Positions 12,426 through 23,500 of a stretch of DNA of 64,000 nt are shown here, piece after piece. This DNA is from Octopus sinensis (Eukaryota). The notes under the pieces are model-generated. The model was not told the DNA's origin and did no database searches. It saw only the letters and a program-made list of their open reading frames with translations. Position 1 is the stretch's first letter. The number at the start of each line of letters is the position of its first letter. The translations under genes and the position numbers were made by a program. The stretch lies in the NCBI RefSeq assembly GCF_006345805.1, contig NC_043007.1, positions 22,878,001 through 22,942,000 on the forward strand, read 5' to 3'.

Positions 12426-13565
12426 GGGGAGACAACTGATGTGGCCAGTGCTTCCCGGCCTAGTTTCCTTGGCAAGAGTAAGAGCAGGGGTACTCTTTTA
12501 CTTGTTTCAGTCATTTGACTGCGGCCATGCTGGAGCACCGCCTTTAGTCGAGCAAATCGACCCCAGGACTTATTCTTTGTAAGCCTAGGGGGACAAACAC
12601 AGACACACAAACACACACACGCATATATATATACATATATACGACGGGCTTCTCTCAGTTTCCGTCTACCAAATCAACTCATAAGGCTTTGGTCGGCCCG
12701 AGGCTATAGTAGAAGACACTTGCCCAAGATGCCACGCAGTGGGACTGAACCTGGAACCATGTGGTTGGTAAACAAGCTACTTACCATACAGCCACTCCTG
12801 CGCCTGTGCACACTTTGTCTTTACAAAGTTTACCTTAAGACCTCTCGAATTTAGATTTAGCTTCAATGCTTGGAACTTCTCTAATTTCCTTATAGATTCG
12901 ACTACAAGGAGTAGATCATAAGGATATAGGGGTTCCCATGGAGATTCAGTTTTAAATTCAGTCGTGGATGGCCTGCGAGACTCTGATGCTCCGGAAGAGA
13001 TTGAAGACTAAGATTAAGCTTTGATGGCCTTCAACCCTCATATTAAATTTATCACTAAAGTCGTTGTTGATTCAAACTTTACTGAATATTTATATATGGC
13101 TTCTACAGCCATTACAAGCTATTCGTCAATACATAGTTTCTTCAGTGACCACCAGATAACTGAATGTCAAATGGCTTTTCTAAGTCAACGAGTGTCGGGA
13201 ATAATAGTTTACTCTTAACCAAGCATTTTCCTTCCACTTGCCTCAGTAAGAAAATTTGTTTTGTTTTGTTCCTTCTCGAATCATGCATGGCTCATCAGGG
13301 CCGGTTTCCTGGTTTCTTGGCGTATAGGTTCCCCACCTGGACGGGACGCCAGTCCATCGCAGGTGAGCTGCAAGATGCAGGAGGAAAGAGTGAGAGGAAC
13401 TTGTGGCGAAAAAGTCAACAGAAGTTCGCTATTACCTACTGCCGGAGCCGCGTGGAGCTTAGGTGTTTCTCTCATAAACACACACATCGCCCGGTATGAG
13501 ATTCGAACCCGCGATCCCTCGACCGCGAGTCCGCTGCTCTAACCACTAGGCCACGTGCCTCCACT

Positions 13566-14045
13566 ATAAGAAAATTGCATCCGTGGCACATTTTCCGGAC
13601 ACGAAACCAAACTGCATCTCACCTAAGTCTACCCTGTCACGAATCAATTTCGCCAAGACTCTGTCTGTGACCTTCCTAACCTGATCTAGTAATTTGATTC
13701 TTCTAGAGTTGCTTCTCTCTTAGGCATCTCTTTTGCTTTTGTAGTAGTTTACGATGATACTGTTATGTCAGTCATTTGGTATGACATCTTGTATACCTTG
13801 ATTAACTGTTCGAATGGTAATGATGTCCCTACCACACCAGATATTGTCAGCATCTCCACAACTATCCCTGATGGACCTACAGCGTTCCCTCTCGTCATGC
13901 TCCTCATTACTACACTGCTGTCAACTTCAATTGCTGGCTTCTTTGTAGCGTCAACATGAGATAACCCTACTTTATCCCATGAGTTCTCCACACTCAACAG
14001 CTTCTCATAAAAAGCACTTCTACGCAATTTTCTTGGCTTCCACAT
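13566..14045 (-). mobile_element. RTE-clade LINE reverse transcriptase fragment; further pieces at 14530-14697(+) and about 14725-14900(-)
   Basis: Peptides GNAVGPSGIVVEML, IKLLDQVRKVTDRVLAKLIRDRVDLGEMQFGFVSGKCATDAIF and HVVRMSLERLARHILQAEATGKRFRGRPR are typical of RTE ORF2. Confidence 0.8.
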
Positions 14046-14239
14046 CTATGCTTTCTATATTTATAGGCGCAGAAGTGGATGTGTGGTAGGTAGCTTGCTA
14101 ACCAACCACATGGTTCCAGGTTCAGTCCCACTGCGTGGATTCTTGGGCAAGTGTCTTCTGCTATAGCCTCGGGCCGACCAAAGCCTTGTCAGTGGATTTG
14201 GTAGACGGAAACTGAAAGAAGCCTGTCGTATATATGTAT

Positions 14240-14333
<94 letters not shown>

Positions 14334-15271
14334 CATATGTATATACATATATGTATATACATATATACATATATACAAGTAAAAGAGTAAAAGAGAGTAA
14401 AGAGTTATCTTCATTTTGAATACACTTCTAACTAATGACATCTCGGTTCTCTCTCTCAAGTTGTTTCGCGATCCCGAACATCTCACGCTTCTGGTTCACA
14501 CGTTGCAAGACAAGCGTGGATTTCTTCCCAAGAGATGCCTAAGAGAGAAGCAACTCTAGAAGAATCAAATTACTAGATCAGGTTAAGAAGGTCACAGACA
14601 GAGTCTTAGCGAAATTGATTCGTGACAGGGTAGACTTAGGTGAGATGCAGTTTGGTTTCGTGTCCGGAAAATGTGCCACGGATGCAATTTTCTTATAGTG
14701 AAGGCACATGGCCTAGTGGTTAACCTTAACCCTCTTGTTCTTGGTCTACCCCTAAATCTCTTGCCAGTTGCCTCTGCTTGCAGAATATGTCTTGCGAGCC
14801 TTTCCAGCGACATTCTAACCACATGTCTGTAGAACCGGAGCTGTGACCCCTCAACGCGAAGAATCGTCTCGACTTGGGAAGAAATTTTTCCTTGTGAACT
14901 CTGCATAATTTTAGTAGAGAGGAGAAACACGAGCACCATAACTTTTCTTTGAATTAAAACTTCTGACATCCCTTCTGTTGTTTCGACGAGTACCTCTCGA
15001 GGGAGGTGATGGTACCAGTGACAGGTAAGGATCCTTTATTAACATGCGTGGTAAGCAAGAGAAAGTTTTAACCCCTTCACACCTTGCGCTCGTAGTCAAT
15101 TGCTCCCCTCATCCCAAACTTTGGTTTACCACTGGACGGTACACAACGAAATACGGCTGAAATAAAAGACATTAATAAACAGCTGGCTACAAGAGCTGAG
15201 AACTGTTGATTTGATGGGTTCCATGTGAATCTAAACCACAAAATGGTCATAACATTTACTGGGAGGGAAAC

Positions 15272-15340
<69 letters not shown>

Positions 15341-15610
15341 GAGAGAGTATCTTTTGAGGGCGCCTGACGTTGCAGCCGAATTTTTCAAATCACATTCGAC
15401 AGTCTTTAAAAAGAAAAGAAAAATGCGAAGACGAATAGAATAATGTAGTATTCTGGACGGGACAAATCCGTCTTTTTCGACAGGATGGTAACGGCTAGAA
15501 TATCTTTGATTGGTCCGCTCTAACATGGCTGACTGAGTCAAACAACAACTGGAAGAGAGAGAAATAAAGATTATACGCTGTACATACATACATACATACA
15601 TACATACATA

Positions 15611-15678
<68 letters not shown>

Positions 15679-15682
<4 letters not shown>

Positions 15683-15872
15683 ACAATTATTCGGTAGCCA
15701 TGATAAAACTCCGAGTTTCGGATGCCGAGGTGGAAATCCACGCCGCCATCTCTTCAGTTATCCGGCCATAGCATTTTTTCGATGGTCGGATAACTGAAGA
15801 GATGGCGGCGTGGATTTCCACTTCGGCATCCGAAACTCGGAGTTTTATCATGGCTACCGAATAATCGTCACA
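15679..15872. mobile_element. Palindromic (foldback) MITE-like element with 91-bp arms and a 12-nt loop
   Basis: 15679-15769 is the reverse complement of 15782-15872 with 3 mismatches. It is flanked by TA and lies at the end of a (TA)n tract. Confidence 0.85.
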
Positions 15873-16017
15873 TATTACATTTACAGATAAATTCCTCTAT
15901 TTACATAATACCGAGGTCTCTTTCTTTCTTTTGTCGTCTCACCATTTTTATCAATATATATATATATATCGTTTATAAAAAACATAAATCCGAAAGCACA
16001 CTCTAAGATGTAGAGCA

Positions 16018-16077
<60 letters not shown>

Positions 16078-16116
16078 CATACACATATATATATATAATA
16101 TATATATATATATATA

Positions 16117-16161
<45 letters not shown>

Positions 16162-16554
16162 TATATAATATATATATATATATTGAGTGAGAGTGAGAGA
16201 GGGAGCGAGAGAGAAAGACAGAGAGAGAAAGGAAGAAAACAACGGTTACAAATTACATTTGCTGATTACAGTTGAAATATAATTTATTGATTGAGATTTT
16301 CAATAGCTAGATTTATAAACTGTTATAAAGGTACGAGTGGGAATTGAACTTTCGATAACTCGGGAACATAGTTTCTAAAGACAGTGAAACATCATTTTAC
16401 ACTTTGAAAAAAAAAAAAAAAAAAGAAAAAAAGAATCGCCACGAAACTGTTTTGAATGCAGTTTGTCTAAATTTGCATAAGTCTCAGTAAGAGAGGATAA
16501 AAATCAGATTGGCAGGCTGCAAAAATAACAGAAGTCAAACCCAAAGACGACACC

Positions 16555-16728
16555 ATGGGCAGCGGACAGTCAGCAGACTCGCAATCAACGGATAATTCCG
16601 GTTCAGAATCAAACCCAGGACTTCTACTTCTTTCAGATCTCATGAATGAACAATATCCGATTGAAAACCTCGTTTTTGAAGGATGCGGGACCAAAGCATT
16701 AGCTTACGTTGGAGCCATTAAGGTAATG

Positions 16729-16769
<41 letters not shown>

Positions 16770-19700
16770 CTCTTTTACTTGTTTCAGTCATTTGACTGCG
16801 GCCATGCTGGAGCACCACCTTAAATCGAGCAACTCGACCCCGGGACTTATTCTTTTGTAAGCCCAGTACTTATTCTATCGTTTTTTTTGCCGAACCGCTA
16901 AGTTACGGGGACGTAGACACACCGGCATCGGTTGTCAAGCAATGCTAGGGGGACAGACACAAACACACATACATATATACGACGGGCTTCTTTCAGTTTC
17001 CGTCTACCAAATCCACTCACAAGGCTTTGATCGGCCCGAGGCTATAATAGAAGACACTTGCCCAAGGTGCCACGCAGGGGCACTGAACCCGGAACCATGT
17101 GGTTGGTAAACAAGCTACTTACCACAAACGATATCAATTATGACGCTCTTCGAACGCATTCAATGTCGTAATTTTACTTATGGTCGATACCAACCTCATT
17201 TTTTTTTCCTTCTTTAAAATGTTGAATCGACATTTATTGCTTTGTTTAATCTCCGTTTTCTTTCAATTTAAACTTAATTTTGTTACTACTGTAATTCGAC
17301 AGGTCCTCGAAAAGATTGATGCTCTTCCTAAAATCAAGCGATTTGCTGGTGTCGGCACTGGTGCTGTTGTAGCTTGTCTCTTGGCTGCAGGCTTCGACTG
17401 CTACGCTCTGCGAGACTCGCTCAAACAACACTTGGAAAATGTACTTACTGGTAAGCATGTCACTTCTATACGAACAAGGGTAAAAAAAAAAAACTCCTGA
17501 GGTTTTTATATATGACTTCTACAGTTTTTTCTATCTCAGCATATTTGGACGATGTCGTTCATGCGCACTTATATTGTAAATCTAACGGAGCATACTGGTT
17601 TCACTTCATTTCGGTGTTCTCGTATCATCTGCTTGAAAGTCCTGGTGTTCCTGTCTTTCTTAGATACTAAAGCCTTTGTCTTTACAAAGTTTACCTTAAG
17701 ACTTATATAAAAAAAAAAAAATCCTCAGGATTGTTTGAATCTTATTTGTCGTTAACAGAACAATTCTCTGCGCAGGAACGGACAGTGTCAATATTGTCTT
17801 GCACACCTGGGTAGCTGATTGTGGGGTCCACGAGGCTAGAGAATACCCACTTCTGTAACTTGCAATCAATAAGTATTATAAGCCACGCTGCATTGCTTTG
17901 CTTGAAGTTTCGAAGTCTTATAATGCTACTAAAAATGTCCTTGGCTGTGCTCGTGGCTTTCCACTGTTAATTTATAGCTTGCACAGCTTTCGTACACACA
18001 CGGATATTTTCGGTTTAAACAGCAGTTTTTACTAGCGGTGTCATATGAAATTGTCAACCATAATTATGACCCTGGTATCGATCTATTGCATTTCAATCTG
18101 TTTTAGGGTTAGGGGTGGGTGGAAGGGTATCTTTTTTTTCTTCACAAATGTAAACAAGCCCAATCTGTTTCTTAAACGAGGGACATTTTCATACGGCACT
18201 GAATGTTTTCACCTCAATAGACGTCATTGATTGGTTGAAAGTGCAGAAATTGAAGGAAAAAAAACAAATCTTACAAACTATAGAATTTTCTCAATAAAGC
18301 CAAGAGAAAAAGATGTTTTATAAACACATTCTACCAGTATACTAAGTTTAAAAGTGTTTAGTTACGTGGAAATTATTAAAAAAAAACTGCCGTTCAAACC
18401 GAAAAGATCCGAAACGGTCGATGTCTTGCTTTCCATATTTTGCTTTACTGCTGAAGTATTTTTGTTAACGCGAGTTGCTTTACAGGTCCTGAATGAATGC
18501 ATTAAACAGCATGCTTTAAGAAATCTAATATCTCTGGTCTAATGCATCCCTTTCTACTCTATAGTAGAAACCTACAACTATTTTCTCTACACATCAAAAT
18601 GCCTTTAATGCAGGATCTAGCGTACTTTTAGATTTTGTCGACGGTAGCGGAGAGAAAGCTATAACTTTTGAAACTTGTCGTTTGTATTGTTTTCAGCCAA
18701 CCACTACAACAAAAAGGGTCAAGTGAATGAATTACTTAATAAGTTTGGTTGGAATTCCGGCAATAAATTCCTTGATTGGTTAGGGACTCTTCTAAAGGAG
18801 AAATACGAAGACGCCGATATAACGTTCCGAGAGGTGAGTACTTGGTATCGTCAACCCTGATAGACATTGACTGATATTTCCTAGTCGGCACTTTAGTAGC
18901 TTAAATCTGTTCTAAATCTCTTTCTCTGATATTTTTTTTTTTTTTTTTTTTTTTGTTCCCCCAGCTTTATGAGAAGACCGGCAAGGAGTTGTGCATCGTA
19001 GTTCTGAATCTAAACCGTAGGCGAGAAGAGTACTTTCACTGCAAGACCACACCGACTACCGCTATCCGTCGGGCAGTTGAGATGTCCATAAGTATTCCTG
19101 GTAACTTTTATCGATTGTTTCTCGTTTGCTTGTTTAACATAGAATGTGTTTATAAAAATCTTTTTCTCTTGGCTTTGAGAAAATTCTATAGTTTGTAAGA
19201 TATTTGTTTTTTTCTTCAATTTCTGCACTTTCAACCAATCAATGACGTCTATTGAGGTGAAAACATTCAGTGCCGTATGAAAATGCCCCTCGTTTAAGAA
19301 ACGGATTGAGCTTATAAACAATAGTTCTGTGTAAGTGGATTGGTAGTCAACATCACAGAACAAAGACGATGAGCTAGCAGAATCGTTAGTACGCCGGGTT
19401 GAATGCTTAGACATTTCGACTGCCACTACGTTCCAAGTACAGAATCTGATGTTGACTTTGCCTTTTTAATCCTAAGCCGATAAAATAAGAACCGGTTGAG
19501 TACTGGGGTCGACGTTCCAGAAATTGCTGGCCTCGTGCCAAAATTTTGAAACTATCACCAAACTAGCATTCACACTGAATCTCGATTAATTGAAACAAAC
19601 GCATCTATTAATGGTAAAACTCACTTAATTTTCCTATCACTGTCGGCGATTGTTTTTCTAGAAACTTTTCTAACACGGCCTTGAGCCTTATCAAAAATTT

Positions 19701-22700
19701 AAGCTATTAAAATTTATTTCTAATTGTCTTGTCTTAAATCTAGCTGGTGTCCTACTGTATATTTGTTCTTGGTGGAGGCCCAGTGGTTAGGGCAGCGGAC
19801 TCGCGGTCGGAGGATCGCGGTTTCGATTCCCAGACCGGGCATTGAGTGTTTATTGAGCGAAAACACCTAAAGCTCCACGAGGCTCCGGCAGGGGGTGGTG
19901 GTGAACCCTGCTGTACTCTTTCACCACAACTTTCTCTCGCTCTTTCTTCCTGTTTCTCTTGTACCTGTATTTCAAAGGGCCAGCCTTGTCACACTCTGTG
20001 TCGCGCTGAATCTCCTCGAGAACTACGTTAAGGGTACACGTGTCTGGAGTGCTCAGCCACTTGCACGTTAATATCACGAGCAAGCTGTTCCGTTGATAGT
20101 ATCAGCTGGGACCCTCCTCGTCGCAACCGACGGAGTGCTCCTACTATTGGTTCTTGATTTATCCTGCCTAAACCCAAAATGCAAAGGTGCTGGCCCTTAT
20201 GATGTTGGCCCCTACTTCTGCATGATCATTATGCAACAGAACATTCATACCATAATAATGGGGTTCCTCACTTTGTATCTTTCAGGTCTTTTTCAACCCT
20301 TTCAATTCAACGCTGGAAAATCGCGCAAAAACTATTACTTAGATGGTGGAATTCTCTGCAATTACCCCATCCATTGTTTTGATGGTAAGTTTTTTTTATT
20401 TTATTTTATTTATTTATTTATTTATTTATTTTTTATATAGGATTTAAATCTTTAGTACTGTTTAATTGGTTTTAAAACTCCTTGTAGGTTGGTGGCTTTC
20501 AATGGAACCCGGAAAAAAAGTCCCTCACAAATATCAACCAACTTCTGACTTAAAGACTCTGATTCGAGAACGCTTCTCTAGTTACAACTCGAAAACCATT
20601 GGATTCGCGCTGGTAAGGTTTATAAGTAAAACAATATAATTAAGCGTAATTTTTACATCGATCTTAAAAAATATTTGATCACCTACTTAACTGATCCCAA
20701 TTGAAATCTTGGTCGTTAAAATGTTTTTTCTACAATAGTTTGACGATTCCCACAGCCATGGTGAAGTGGACATTGAAATGAAACTGAGACTACATCAAAG
20801 TAAAGCAGTGGTCCCTATACCGACAACCAAACTTGGCAGGTGAGAATTCTAATAGTAATTCAGTAGCCGAGACTTCGCAATAAAAATCTTAGATCTTGCT
20901 TATCCTTAATTTCATTAACCATGTGCAGCACGGCTAAGGTTTCATACGCATCGATTTTTTTTTTTTTTTTTTTTATTGCTACTTTTATAAGTAGCATAGT
21001 TACATATTTCGGATCTTTTCGGCTTGAATTGCAGTTTTTAACATTTCTAGATAACTAAAAAATTTTAAACTTCGTATACTGGTAGAATGTGTTTATAAAA
21101 CATCTCTTGGCTTTATTGAGAAAATTCTATAGTTTGTAAGATTGTTTTCTTAAATTTCTGCAATTTCAACCAATCACTGACGTCTATTGAGTTAAAAAGC
21201 ATTCTGTGCCGTATGAATGTCCCTCGTTTAAGAAGCCGATTGGGTTTATTTATATTTGTGAAGAAAAGATGCCCTAAAACGGATTGAAATGCAATAGATC
21301 GATTCTAGGGTCATAATTACGGGTGACAATTTCATGACGCCACTAGAAAAAACTGCCGTTCAAACCGAAAAGATCTGCCTCTTATTTTGTGGTGTAGACA
21401 CAATAACTAGGTTACTTTCTAGACTGATTTCTGTTCTTACAGCATTTTTTACAAATACTAACAATATTTTCCCCACTTTTTTTTTTCTTCCAGAAAATAC
21501 AAAGCTGACGTAGAAAATGAGGATAAATTGAAAGACTTGTTCAAGAGCCTTCCAGAAGCTACCAAAAAGCTTGAAGCTGTTCGTACCAAAATGGCTACTT
21601 ATTTCTTTTAAGATATTTCCATCGCCGATTCGATCTTTTAGCATACGGCTGCTTCAGTATAGTAACACTTTATTTATACTTTCAGGCTTTGTTGAAAATC
21701 AAAAAAAGTGATAGTAATCTAGTGTCGGTTGTTCAATTGGTAAAGACATTGACCGGGAAGGTAAATATAAAAAAAAACAAACTTTGTTTTGCCTTCACCA
21801 GTGGCTTATAACAAATATCGTTGGCACAATTTCATTTAACTATATTAACCCACCTTGTAAGGGCGGCGAGCTGGCAGAAACGTTGGCACGCAAGGCGAAA
21901 TGCTTAGCGGTATTTCTGTGTTCAAATTCCGCCGAGGTCGACTTTGCCTTTCATCCTTTCGGGTCGATAATTTAAGTACCAGTTACGCACTGGGTTAGAT
22001 GTAATCGACTTAATCCGTTTGTCTGTCCTTGTTTGTTCCTTGTGTTTAGCCCCTTGTGGGTAGTAAAGAAATATATATATCTTACTCTTTTACTTGTTTC
22101 AGTCATTTGACTGCGGCCATGCTGGAGCACCGCCTTTAATCGAGCAACTCTACTCCGGTACTTAATCTTTTGTAAGCCCAGAACTTATTCTATCGGTCTC
22201 TTTTGCCGAACCGCTAAGTGACGGACGTAAACACACCAGCATCGATTGTCAAGCAATACTAGAGGGACAAACGCAAACAAACATATACACGCACGCGCAG
22301 ACATATACACGCGCAGACATATATATATACATATATACGACAGGTTTCTTTCAGTTTCCGTCTACCAAATCCACTCACAAGGCTTTGGTCGGCCCGAGGC
22401 TATAATAGACACTTGCCCAAGGTGCCACGCAGTGGGACTGAACCCGGAACCATGCGGTTCGTAAGCATGCTACTTACCACACAGCCACTCCTACGTCTAT
22501 CGATATATATATATACATATATATATATTAATTAACCCACCTTAATTTCTGCAGGAATCTAATTTCACTCAAACTGACATCGAAGCATTGTTTGGCATTG
22601 AAAAGAACGAAGACCAGTGTTCGAAACTACTGAAGAATGTCAGTACCAAAGAGATGGTGAGTAGGGTTGTTCTTATTCTTAGTTTCATTGGGGCTATGTG

Positions 22701-23500
22701 AAGGCTAAAAGGTCTTGTTCTTCTTACAGATCGCAATTATTGACCTGCTGTATTTTCTTGATCAGACCAGTCGCTTTCTCTACAAGTCCAACAAGCGTAC
22801 ATCAAGAACTGAAGTGACAAATATACTTTCATTCTGGAGTGCAATCAACGGTGTTGCGCACGGAAACGGTAAATTATTGGTAAGCATATCTCTTATATTG
22901 TCTTTGTCGTTAGACTGCAGCTATGCTGGGGTACCGACTTTTATTTAGTAGAACAAGTCAATCCAGGTCTTAAGGCTTGTTCTGTCTCTTGTAGAAATCG
23001 CTAAACGATATGGACGTGAATAAACTGTCAGCGGTTGTCAAACGGTAGACATTCAGCTGACGTACTACCAGTTTCCTTCTACCGAAACTACTCGTAAAGC
23101 ACCAGTTGACCTGGTATTTTAGTAGGTTCCACAGGACAACCTTGGGTACCTGTGGTGGCAAAGAATTTTTGTCACACAAACATTTCTGTACCTATTAACC
23201 GCTTTTATTTTCCTTTTGTAAATAGTCGAATGACATTAAAAGCTTTGACTTATTTTTCTCACCTCCAGAAAGAAAACTTGAAACGTACCGTTGGTATTTA
23301 CACTGGTCATGTAACTGGTAATTATGTCAAACTTGAGGAAGCTGACGAAACTTACCTTTTTCAGGTAAGGTCTTCACATTTTATCGTTTACTACCAATTC
23401 TATATCGTATCCTTATAGTATTTCTGTAATTGCAAATTTCTTTTTTCAGCAAGGATGGAACAGTACAGTGGCTTTCTTGCGTCAACTACAGAAGCAATAG
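16555..23500 (+). CDS. Patatin-like (ExoU/VipD-like) protein, gene A, predicted catalytically inactive, 490 aa, 13 exons
   Basis: Exons 16555-16722, 17303-17450, 18697-18833, 18965-19100, 20286-20384, 20488-20612, 20739-20839, 21494-21578, 21686-21760, 22555-22656, 22730-22879, 23269-23364 and 23450-23500. All are GT-AG and phase-compatible (1473 nt). Motifs: NLVFEGCGTKA, KRFAGVGTG, KELC..NLN...EYFH.KTTP, YLDGGILCNYPIHCFDGWWLSM, RTVGIYTGHV. AATAAA at 23673-23678. Confidence 0.9.

Noticed and set aside
14061-16242. Many track ORFs rich in YI/IY, LSIY or HT repeats
   Set aside because: These are translations of (TA)n, (TAGA)n and (CA)n microsatellites and SINEs, not genes.
17354-17356. Idea that cephalopod RNA editing could restore the catalytic Ser
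   Set aside because: ADAR editing reads A as G. The genomic codons are already GGN, and Gly-to-Ser needs G-to-A, so editing cannot rescue the nucleophile.
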